From assembly GCF_001186125.1 (NCBI RefSeq), contig NW_014040507.1:167668-187667 (forward strand): DNA of 20,000 nucleotides. The letters are read 5' to 3'. This DNA comes from Sphaeroforma arctica JP610 (taxonomy: Eukaryota). Each line of letters opens with the position of its first letter. Positions within the stretch are counted from its first letter, which is position 1. Position numbers and translations under genes: made by a program. Under the pieces are notes generated by a model. It was given only the letters and a program-made list of their open reading frames with translations, did no database searches and was not told the DNA's origin. Below, piece by piece: positions 10,115-20,000 of this stretch.

Positions 10115-11290
10115 CTAGAAATTAATCGAGGTGCCGGAGGTTGGCGGTGCTGAGCCCATCTTGGGGTCGCTGACAGGCAACTGACCACCGAAAAGCGGCT
10201 TTGGAGCGGATATATCAGTAAATTTGTAACTGCAAAATCTCGTGCGAGTATCATCAATCATGCTTGTTTGGATTCCGTTCGATTGAATTGCCGCTACCCC
10301 AGCTTCTAGAGCATCTATCCAAGATCCGATGGTATTGTTGAAAGATGTCATGTCACCAAAAACGTTGTAGGGTTTAGGTTTGGATAAATAACCGTATACT
10401 TCTATGCCTCTACTTGTTGGAGTTCCGTCAGCCAAGAAAAGGGGATCATTCCATCTCGGCTACTCCCAGTAACTGCAAAATCTCGTGCGAGTATCATCAA
10501 TCATGCTTGTTTGGATTCCGTTCGGTTGAATTGCCGCTACCCCAGCTTCTAGAGCATCTATCCAAGATCCGATGGTGTTGTTGAAAGATGTCATGGCACC
10601 AAAACCGTTGTGGGGTTTGGGTTTGGATAAGTAACCGTATACTTCTATGCCTCTACTTGTTGGGGTTCCGTCAGCCAATAATTGGGGATCATTCGATCTC
10701 GGATACTCCCGCTTCAGTGAGTCAAAACTGGAGCTCGGTACTGGTGGGTTGTAAGATAGAAAAGCTCGGCTAGCGCATCGGGAAACTGCCAGATTGTGAA
10801 TCTGGCTTTCTGAAACCGCACGCAGGCTCGGACCGTATGGCGTAAGCGATGATACCATACGGAATCACGGTTTGGCCGATCACAATACACTCCATTTGCC
10901 GTTTCAGCAACCAAGAAATGACCTTACGGGGATCGGTGGGGAACTCCGCGGTGTTGTATTTGTGAACCTTTGTTAGTGCATTAGAAATCTCGACCCTGTG
11001 GCAGTCGACTTTTGCGTCCAAAAGTAAATCTAACTCTTTCTGTTTTCTAGCAACTCCATCCTCTATCTCCTGTAGGCCATTTTTCTGCCCCTCGGCACTT
11101 CTTTTGGCCAGTTCAAGGGCCTTTTCGTCCCACTTCTCAATATTTTTCTGTATGTCGGTATCAGTAGGCAGCGTTTTCTACAGTTTGGCTGGTGCGTCCG
11201 GGTCAAAGTATTGCAGCATGGTCTCCTTGAATTCAGAGTAGGACAATTCACCGGTGTAGATCTTCTCGGGACTGGTGCGCTGGTGGCGCT
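10115..11290 (-). pseudogene. Orphan pseudogene of unknown function
   Basis: Long protein-like frame (SPEKIYTGELSYSEFKETMLQYFDPD...KQKELDLLLDAKVD...VISWLLKRQ) with one internal stop, then a frameshift into 10858-10115, which is broken only by TAG at 10460-10462. No family was recognised. Confidence 0.4.
10226..10710. repeat. Tandem duplication, period 243 bp (81 codons)
   Basis: Copies at 10226-10467 and 10469-10710, with about 13 mismatches by manual count (~95% identity) and no indels. Confidence 0.95.
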
Positions 11291-11362
11291 TTATTATATA
11301 TTTTTCCCATATGAATACAACAAACAAACAAAGAAAACATAGAATGCAATAGCAAAAGTAAG

Positions 11363-11806
11363 ATGGCGCGACATGACGACATCTTTCAGAATCTACCCGC
11401 GGAAGAAGAGGATAGCGGGTACACGAGTAGCGATGCTAGTGCCACGATGCCATCTCTGGTGTCGAATAGTGGCAGCGAAGCAGATGAGACGTCGAGACCG
11501 AATGATCAGCAAGTCCGATGGGATCAGCAAAGGGAATCTGAGGTGGACATTAGACGGTTCAGACTCAATAGAATCAGCATGGCTCGACAGCTCGAACGGT
11601 TTAGGCTTCCCAGATAGGTATCTAACTTTACTTGGACTTCAAGAAAAGATGCAGGAAATGACACCACGACCGAATCCAAGGAGCAACCTTCACAGGAGAA
11701 GACATCAGAAATACAAGAACGACATGAACAGGACCGGAAGGGCCAAATGGCCAAGACGAGGGACCAACCAGACGATCAGTTAAGTAGAAACGATTATGAA
11801 AAATAG
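11363..11806 (+). other. Low-complexity acidic/Ser-rich ORF remnant, possibly TE-derived
   Basis: ATG in an A-rich context. The frame continues after the stop at 11615-11617 for ~60 more codons. No domain was recognised. Confidence 0.25.
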
Positions 11807-12234
11807 TTTTGTGATTGTATGTTGTAAGGACAAATAGAGTGGGTAGTATTGTACGCTAGATATCGAGTTAGAACCCCGGTCGGGAATTAATTTTAGACAA
11901 AGGATGTTCATTAGGATTCGCGTCAGAGAAATGGAAGCAGTATATACGCCTAGTAAGAATTAAGGGGTAGGGTAGTGTGTATAGAAGAAGTCTGGTTTTA
12001 GAAATAGGATTGTTGCTCCAACGGTAAAGTGGGGCAAGGAGATATAATATTACAAGAAATGCGACCTGACTCTAGTAAAAGACAAAGGAAAGGGATAAAT
12101 AGTTAGCAATGTCCCAAATCGGAGGTACCAAAGAGGGACTAAATCATGGTTAAAGAGAGAGTTAAGGACGCATAGCATAGACAGCGTATACAATTATCAA
12201 TGAATACTATAATATCCAAAGACCAGTGCGTCAC

Positions 12235-12284
12235 CAACGTGTTGACAACGTGTTGAAGCAACGTGTTGAAGCAACGTGTTGAAG
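12235..12284. repeat. Four tandem copies of CAACGTGTTGA(AG)
   Basis: One 11-bp unit and three 13-bp units, each with CAAC/GTTG dyad symmetry. Confidence 0.9.
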
Positions 12285-13050
12285 ATCGAAGGGTGCAACA
12301 AGTGATGTGCGCACTAAATGGCATCCATGTGCACCGAACGAAGGGGATAGCAGTAGAGTTGTAGGAAGATAAGGACTATCAGCATGGTTAGAGTATCACT
12401 GTTCACCAAAGAACCATTTTAGAAGTTTCAGAACGTAGACAGGAAATAGTACTTGGTAGAATAAGTGGGGACTAGGTTAGAATTTTCACAATACGCAGTT
12501 AGAAGCAACAGAGGTACTAGGAATTTCTTATCTAGGCAGGACGTAGTGATAGACATGTTCGAGGGAAAGCGCCAAGCAAGTTTAGCAGTGTACAGAGGGG
12601 TACGAATAGCACCACATCAGGCAGATACACATCGACAACCACATCGGTACATGCAGATACCAGGTAGAGTAATGTTAGCGAAGAAAGGGGAGTAAGGAGA
12701 GAGCTTAGGAGCTCGCTAAGGAGCAAAGGTAGGTCACCGAAGGTGGGTGTGCCTCCACCAGGGAGTAGGAGTAGCACATGAGGAGTGTAGGGCGCACCCG
12801 GACGAGTGTTTTCGACAGAGCGCATGCGCCACCACAGTTTGATGAAGGATGAGCAGGACTTACGAGCCAAATACCACTCTGAAAGAAAACGAAGTAGTAG
12901 AGCACGGAACAAACCATTCCGGGCAGACAGTGTCGAGACTTGTTGAGATGGGGGACGAACTCTAGGACGGAATAAGTATTTATACCTTACCTATTTCGAG
13001 TACGTCTACATACATTTCCAAACATCCACTGATCTATACCACGTACTATT

Positions 13051-14870
13051 ATGTCCAACCCACGTCAAAGCCGTCGGCAGCAATATCTTACCCCTGAACG
13101 TCGGGAGGAAGACGACATAGACCGACGAGGAACTAAGCGCCGCCAGTCTATCACGGACTATACCAACCAACGAGCTGAGAAAGAGCGGGCGGAGCCACAG
13201 GATGCACAAGGAGAGGTACATTACCAAGCAGTTGCTACCGACAGGCAGGCAACCATGTCACCAAAGGGTGATTATCGGCTTATCGAGGGAAGACGTCGTA
13301 ATTGACGGCGAGACCAAGGGAGATCCCGACCTGCGTGCGGACCAGGAGCAGACCATTACTGGTGAATATGTAGCTAGGAATAGTCTGCCTCCCCGTTCGT
13401 CTTCGGGTACTTCTGGAGCCTCATCTTCCGGTAATGAGTAACAACGCCTACCACCTAATAAGCGCAGACGTCACCGCCGTCGTTCCAACAACAAGGGCAC
13501 GGTGCGGGGCCAGCTACACAGAAACTAACCGAGCTTATGGCGCAACAATAGTCGCTCTTGGAGAAGTACGAGCAAAGGTTGCAGCGCACATCTTCAGAGC
13601 GACCTACGACATTGTTGTCCGCTACCGAATCGTCGTCTAGCTCACACCAACGGGTGCACACGGCACGAGGTAGAGAAGACAATCCCACGTTTTGTATCCA
13701 AGGCCGTTCACAAAAGTACCATGGACTCGGGTATGAGTTACCTGGGTCGGAAGGTCAACTAACCGAGGAGAAAGATACCTTGTCCTCTTTTGAGGAGGCT
13801 CCATCATTCCAAGAATTCGCACGTGAGCAGGTTGTTGGTCAAGCAGAACCCACATGGGAATAATGCGCTGAAGAATAAGCAAGACCAGTTGAGTATGAAT
13901 TATCGCCAACAACAGCAACGACAGTCGTTCGAGAAGGAAGCAGCCAGTGAGTATGTATAGACTTCTAAGCGTTCAGGGACGGCGACGCCTACACCTCCAC
14001 CCAAACCGGCGAGTATCGAGAAAAGTCGAGAAAAGTCGACAGGTGCTGCATGCACGTATACTTCACCTGAGCGACGAGTTATGCCAAGCAATAGAGAATA
14101 ATAACACGGCTCGAGCTGAAGCTTTTAGGGGAGCAATCGAAACGCTTCGGGTTACGCCAGAGTCCCGTCCAGTAGAAAAACGTCCGGTACCATCACCACA
14201 CCACGTACATGGCACTGGCCCTCGAATAGATACCACCTCCTGACATCATGGAACGGGATATGAGAGGGGCTCTCCTTGAGGTTTTCAAGAACGCGCAAAT
14301 CGCAGGGTTGGATGAGAGTTGGAGCCTTACATGGTTTCATAAGGTATTATCTTACTTTAAGGCTGAGAAGTCAACATTGTATTACATTCGCGACAGCTCT
14401 GAACGATTGAAGATGTGGACGCCACAACTACAAATCGAAGAGATCTGCTCGCATGAGACGCAAGCCACTGTCGATCCGTAAGCTAGCCAAGGGCCATAGT
14501 CGAAACATGCACACCTATCATGGAACAAATGATATAGCTCATGGAGAACCATAGGAAGGCACGTGAACGGTGTCAGACGGATGCAGACTTCCAACAGAAT
14601 TTTAAACCACTGCATTGTACAACTGTTAGAAGAAGCTCTCAATGACCGAACGTATGAACGTGGTCTAAAATTGCATCCCAAGTGGTAATTGAGGAAGACG
14701 CACGAGCTTCTACAGCTGTTGAGCCCCTATATTCAGGACGCACAGCAGCGTACCACGGCGCGACTCCAGAACCGTAATAATCGCGAGGGTCTACCGAGTA
14801 ACGGGGCTGGTGACTATACCAATCGCCGCCTTAACCCGCAGACGGTTCGACGACAATCGCAGAACTGGTC
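13051..14870 (+). pseudogene. gag: Gag-like region of the gypsy element (fragmented)
   Basis: Chain of + strand ORF fragments upstream of pol, with low-complexity R/S/E-rich and coiled-coil-like segments. Assigned by position only. Confidence 0.45.
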
Positions 14871-14879
14871 ACTTGAGAG

Positions 14880-16050
14880 TTGATGAATTTACCTGCAGGT
14901 ATAGGCATCATAGTAGGACAAGATATGTTGAAAGGTTTGGGTTTATACAAATGCGGTATCCAATCGACACTTGCACCGATAGACCCCACAGAACTGGATG
15001 AGCTCCTCGAACCCATACCATGCCGACAGGCACTGAACACGACGGAACCTGCCGATGCATGCCAACGTCTGGCATAGGATTTAGAAGCGAGCGCGATGAT
15101 TGCTGACAACGCGCGATGTCGTCTGGAAGGGAGTGAAGTTACTATTCCGGTCACCCGTGAACAGGCGATGCACATGCGCAGATCGACATGTAACTTTATG
15201 TCCGACCGTTGGCTACCCTATGTGGACGAACAAGTGAAGAAGTGGTTGGCGGATTTGGTGATCACGAAGCGGACGACACCGACAACCGTCAACCTCACTC
15301 TACTTGCGGTCCCGACGTTCGATGCGGAAGGAAACGTGTAGAAGGTGAGGGTGTGTTTAGACATGCGCGCCGGTAACGCGCTTATCCTTGGTGACCAGTT
15401 TTTGATTCCAAAGGTCAACGAACTTATCTCTCGCCTCAAGAGTAAGAAGTACTATACTACGCTGGACATCTCTGCGGCATACCACAGGCTGCCGATCCAT
15501 CCAGATTCACAATACTTGCTTAGTTTTACACACCGAGTGTTATCAGTACTCGCTTACATCGGCACCGTTCGGACTCCATGTGCTCACGCAACAGTTCCAG
15601 CGTACCTTGAGCACGATACTTGACGGCTCGACATCGTTATCGCTAGCGACGATTATGACGAACATATTAAGACGGTGCAGAAGGTGATCCAACGCTTGAC
15701 GTACCACAGTTTTTAAGCTTAACCCCACCAAGTGCCACTTTGCTATTCCCGAAATGATGATCCTAGGGAAGAAGGTGTCTGCACAAGGCATAGGTATTGA
15801 TTATGAGAAACAGGCCAAGCTTATCGACTGGCCTACCCCACTACGTTACAAGGATATAGCCTCCGCCTTAGGATTGGCTAATTACCTTCATGAGCATCTC
15901 CCCAACTTTGCGAACACGGTCGCACCTTTGCGCGAATTTTGCAAACTCAAACCGAAGGAATTGATCGGCGATCGTTGGGAGGAGCGACATGCACAGGCGT
16001 GGCAGGCGATGAAAGATGCAGTTGTTAATGCAGTAGCGTTGCACTTCCCG
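14880..16050 (+). pseudogene. pol: Gypsy protease C-terminus, reverse transcriptase and connection domain
   Basis: IIVGQDML (PR C-terminus); KVRVCLDMRAGN...LIPKVNELISRL...YYTTLDISAAYHRLPI; APFGL...QFQR; KLNPTKCHF...ILGKKVSAQGI; LGLANYL. YxDD is removed by a deletion at ~15628. Confidence 0.92.
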
Positions 16051-16064
16051 GTCCATGGTAATAC

Positions 16065-16425
16065 CATTGAACTTGGAAACCGACGCTAGCGATTACGGTT
16101 TGGGGGAGCGTTATTCCAATGGGTCAACGGGAAGAAACACTATTTAATGTTCTTTAGCAAGACTCTGAACCATGCGCAACAGAACTACGCTACACCAATG
16201 AAGGAGTCACTAGCTTTGGTGTATGGGCTTACACATTTAAGGGAGCATTTGGATGGGTAACGGTTTGCAGTCTTCACGGACCACAAGACCCTTGTGTGTA
16301 TGAATACACAGCTCAAGCTTAATCCGATACTCCAGAGATGGCACCATATTATCGCACCTTTCAACTTTACCATATCACATATACCAGGAGAGACGAGCGT
16401 ACTTCCGGACATGTTGGGCAGGGTA
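16065..16425 (+). pseudogene. Gypsy RNase H
   Basis: DASDYGLG (16082), FFSKTLNHAQQNYATPMKESLALVYGL, FAVFTDHKTL, QRWHHII...ISHIPGETSVLPDMLGRV. Confidence 0.92.
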
Positions 16426-16446
16426 CCTTAAATACTGTAAATACTG

Positions 16447-16860
16447 TACACGGATTGTTGGCAGTTATTCCCCAGTTACTTTGAACAAGCATAACAACAA
16501 TTCGGGTTGAATAATATAGACGTATTTGCGGACCCAACTAATGCTCAGCTCTCTAAAAACCTAAAACCCTCGATTTTGGACTAAAAACGAGGGGGAAGGT
16601 GCGTTTGCCCACGACTGGTCGACGGTCGACGGATGGATGAACCCACCATGGGATAAGTAAGATACACAGAATGTTGCGCAAGATAAGGGCTGATGGTGCA
16701 AGGGCAACTGTATGTCTACCGTGGGTACCAAGGGCACCATGGGTTGACTTATTCAAGCAGTTATTGCTGTCCGAGCCAAACGCCACATACGTTCCTCAAG
16801 TATGCTAAATACGCCTGTGGCAAGACACCATGGGGAGGCACTGTGATTGCACGGGTGAGG
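16447..16860 (+). pseudogene. Dam-like DNA N6-adenine methyltransferase domain (DIRS-MT type) within pol
   Basis: Stitched: TDCWQLFPSYFEQA*QQFGLNNIDVFADPTNAQL/PRFWTKNEGEGAFAHDWSTVDGWMNPPWDK/IHRMLRKIRADGARATVCLPWVPRAPWVDLFKQLLLSEP.../TFLKYAKYACGKTPW. DVFA lies at 16519-16530 and catalytic NPPW at 16640-16651. Confidence 0.85.
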
Positions 16861-17049
16861 CCTCCTAACGGGTTCAAACTGGACCCGCTGTTTTCATAGC
16901 GACTTGGGTATGCAGAACCAAAACACACGGCGTACGTGATGTGTTTAGATACGGCACGAGATATCTCGGTGGTGATGGCAGACGCAGAGGGTCAACCGGC
17001 GTTTGAGCGAGCGACACCAGAAGAACAACAGCGCCGTACACGACTCATG

Positions 17050-17720
17050 CAAGCTCACCACAAACAAGGACATCATGGAGTGGCCGACACAGTTCAACAA
17101 CTCCAACATAACGGCCATGTATGGCCGGGCACACTCAAATTGGCAATGGAAGTCAAACGGCAGTGCGCTACATGTTTGGGGCAGGATACGCTACGTAAAT
17201 GCTTTCCCCCGATGATTAGCATTGATGCGCGCTACCCGTGGGACCATATTCAAGTTGATTACATCCCGATGCCACTTGAGTCCAGAAGAAAGAACAAATA
17301 CATACTTCACGTCCTGAACATCGCTACAGGCTACTCAATCCTTCGAGCGACACCGGACAAGACGAAGGAGACGACAGCGCAGACACTAATACAAGTTTTT
17401 GGCGAGCATGGTTTCCGACGTATGATCTAGACGGACATGGGGAATGAATTCACGAACAAGATAGTGGAGCTCCTGGTCCAAGAAGTGGGTATGCTACACA
17501 AGGTGTTATCGCCATATCGACGCCAAGTACTGGTGCTGCTGAACGACGTCATAAGGAGATTACACGTTCCATTCGACAATGCTGTGAGGCAGTTCCTCTA
17601 TGATGGGAGGAACGCCTTCCGTTTACGATGCTCTATCGGAACCTTCGGATATCCCGACGTCATAAGAGCGCGCCGTTCAGTGTATATTTTGGCCGTCGTC
17701 ACGTACCGTTTGCCGACTTA
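17050..17720 (+). pseudogene. Gypsy integrase (HHCC + DDE core)
   Basis: HKQGHHG...WPG...CATC; PWDHIQVDY; KYILHVLNIATGY; *TDMGNEF; STGAAERR; SAPFSVYFGR. Confidence 0.92.
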
Positions 17721-18098
17721 ACTGATGAGTTACCGAAAACTCAGCCGATGACGAACGACACCTGGGCCCAACGGTTAGACTAGTTGCAGGATACCATTCT
17801 GCCGACACTCCACCACATTACCAAGAAGTATACGGGCAAACTCACGAGACATTTGATCGCCTGCACGCCCATGACTTGGTACACTTCCGATGAAGGTGAT
17901 GTGGTAATGGTACGATCGGAGGGTAGAACGACATATATATATGTTAAGGCTAGGGTCGGACAACGCTATGAGTTGGCGAATAAAGACGGCTCTACCCCTC
18001 CAGAATTCAATGACAAACCGGGACGGGTGGGACTCCTCCGGTTAGTGCATCGGCGTACAGGCCCACCACTTGACAATGAATTGAGGACAGAAGGAGGT

Positions 18099-18230
18099 GT
18101 TGAGTTTTGCCACATTATTACACACCGTACTAATGATGATACAGGGAAATTGGAATACTTGGTGAGATGGCGCGAAGGCGACCCAAACAGCGGATGCTTT
18201 TGATGATGCCAACGATATCGCGGCCACGGA
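18099..18230 (+). pseudogene. Chromodomain at the integrase C-terminus
   Basis: VEFCHIITHRTNDDTGKLEYLVRW (YLVRW at 18156-18170), then frameshifted ...DAFDDANDI. Confidence 0.75.
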
Positions 18231-18239
18231 CACGCGTTA

Positions 18240-19190
18240 CCTGCCTACCTTTGGCATGCATGTTGGACAAACACGTCTTGATCATCCACCTACACACCGT
18301 GTTGACCCCTCCCGCCCCCTGCCACCTGCTCAGGCCCTCCCTACTTGGGAGGCAATCGTTCGTGATATCCAGCGGGACGCTGATAATCAGGGGATGTTCC
18401 ACCACCAGGCACTCATTGAAGTCTCCACATCCATTAAAGCACAGGACACGCTCATATTAGTTTAGCACAAGGCGCTTCCCGAGCTCTATGCTTCCCTTAA
18501 GGAACCCCATGATCGCCCTGTGGGCACCCATTCATCACCACAGCATATGTGGGTGAATTGAAAGAGGCCATACTTCAAGCTCTCGACACGTTCGGCCCAA
18601 CACAGGCAGCAGCATACGCAGCTAGGATGATCACGGCACGCGGCCGGCCACGGGAACTCTCTCTTGGTCGCACCCGTGATACGGGTTACCGTAGCGACGG
18701 TACACCCCGTGGTGACTACAGCCGTCATCCACAACGAGAGAATGGTTCGTTCCGCACACGTTCACACCAACCATCCCAACCACGGGACCATCACTTCAAT
18801 AGCAATACAGGGTCCCATACGACGGAACACGATAGCCGTTATGCTACTGGTCGGCGCCAGTCACAGGACTCGATCTGTACTGACATTCCCTCATTCCCCA
18901 GGCCCTAGAAAAACTAACAAATATCGACCTTTCACCTGTTTACGGCCCCGAGAGTGAGAAGCTTCCTGATGAGTACAACTTCCGCCATTTAGACCGACTA
19001 GCCAAGATCCTCAACAAGAGCCCCGGCGAACTCCAGACACTGAAGGACCTCTTTAACGAGGCTTGCTATGAACAACGCGGCCCACGCATATCAAGATATC
19101 TTGGTGAAGTTACGACTCAAAGAAGGAGCTTAACCCGTACGTCAAATTTGTCGGACACGGGATCCAGCCCTCCAAGCTGTTGAGACGGCC
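18240..19190 (+). pseudogene. Fragmented gag-like/linker region of a further retroelement
   Basis: + strand ORF fragments (helical segment, then R/S/H-rich tail) leading into an RT. Assigned by position only. Confidence 0.35.
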
Positions 19191-19193
19191 AAG

Positions 19194-19904
19194 ATGGCAC
19201 AGAACTACAAGGATGGGAAGGCGGAGGAAGGTGATAAGTATAGCCAGTGGGTCAGCTCAGTGAGAATTGTGCAGAAGGACTCTAAAGTTACACCCACTTG
19301 TGTAGACCACTACCGAATGACGAATAACTCTGTTCCCATCAATCGCGGGTTATACCGCTTTCCGTACCAACTCCCTATTGAAGCTGACATGGTGGAACAC
19401 TCTCGTAATGCCATTGTCCAATCGGCTGCAGACCTAGCAGCCTCCTATCACCAGCTACTTCTCCACCCTGACGAGTTGAGAGCGGATGCTATGACATGCA
19501 GCACTATATGGATAACCACATTCAGACTCATTGAAGCATTTAAGGCCTACCTGAATGACGGCAACCTAGCGACCTTCCAGAAAACGGCCCAGAATATCCT
19601 TGAGGCGCTCGTCGACCACTGGAATAACAACTTCCCGATCGTCCGTAACTGCATTGCGAAGGATATACAGCTGCAACCGCGTAAGTGCCAGTGGGCTGTG
19701 CTCATGGACTGTGCTATTATCTTCTATAATGCTATGTATGTAAAAGCACAAGAAATACACATAGCTTCAGAACTTAATATCATGTTCTGTGCTTTGTCTA
19801 ACGATACTCTCTACTTTATTTGCTACAGGGATGAGACAAACGATCTGAGAAGAATGCCTGTCGAATTTAGAGAGAGCCTAACGACAGCTAATTGTGTGAT
19901 GTAA
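19194..19904 (+). pseudogene. Divergent LTR-type reverse transcriptase ORF lacking YxDD
   Basis: SQWVSSVRIVQK...CVDHYRMTN...PYQLP...SAADLAASYHQLLLHPD...ATFQK...DHW...LQPRKCQW reproduces the gypsy-type RT motif order, with the YxDD block missing. Confidence 0.75.
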
Positions 19905-19919
19905 AAGTGTAGATTAAAC

Positions 19920-20000
19920 ATGTGGGTATGAAGGTAAGTGTTTGTGTTAGTGAGGATGAGCTCTTGTGTGTGTGTTTGTGTGTATGTATGTATGTGTTAT
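19920..20000. repeat. TG/TATG microsatellite-rich tail
   Basis: Directly visible. Confidence 0.8.

Larger units (their letters stand above)
13051..18235 (+). mobile_element. Decayed Ty3/gypsy (chromodomain-bearing) LTR retrotransposon carrying a Dam-like methyltransferase
   Basis: Domain order is gag-like, PR remnant, RT, RNase H, MTase, integrase, chromodomain, all on the + strand. Integrase after RT/RH defines Ty3/gypsy. LTRs were not identified. Confidence 0.88.

Noticed and set aside
9307..10118. His/Thr-rich and Cys/Val-rich ORFs
   Set aside because: They are translation artefacts of the TG/CA satellite.
10130..10160. GSAPPTSG as a gamma-glutamyltransferase-like motif
   Set aside because: Short low-complexity match with no other supporting motif.
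11800..13050. 5' LTR and PBS of the gypsy element
   Set aside because: No second copy, no clear TG...CA termini and no recognisable PBS, so it cannot be supported from this window.
16552..16570. CTAAAAACCTAAAACCCT as an interstitial telomere
   Set aside because: Only two imperfect units, better explained by copying of nearby CTAAAAAC.
15180..16860. RT-RH-MT as a DIRS element
   Set aside because: No tyrosine recombinase was seen. A protease remnant precedes RT, RT/RH motifs are gypsy-type, and a collinear DDE integrase and chromodomain follow.

Overview
Eukaryotic, TE-dense window in which I could not recognise any intact host gene. From 5' to 3' it contains: (i) the RNase H tail and PPT of a Ty1/copia element running through one LTR into a second, truncated copia (gag-PR-INT, + strand, ~818-3500); (ii) non-coding, possibly LTR-derived DNA; (iii) another copia fragment on the - strand (LTR, PBS, gag, PR, integrase Zn finger; ~5000-6900) with the same unusual half-tRNA-type PBS; (iv) a decayed Polinton-like virus/virophage-type morphogenesis module (major capsid +, minor capsid -, A32-like packaging ATPase -; 6994-9420); (v) a TG-rich satellite; (vi) an orphan pseudogene with a 243-bp in-frame duplication; (vii) a decayed Ty3/gypsy element (13051-18235) whose pol reads PR-RT-RNaseH-[Dam-like N6-adenine DNA methyltransferase, NPPW]-DDE integrase-chromodomain, the most unusual feature of the window; (viii) a further RT-bearing retroelement fragment lacking YxDD. 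All calls come from manual translation and motif recognition. No database searches were run and the host cannot be assigned from this sequence.
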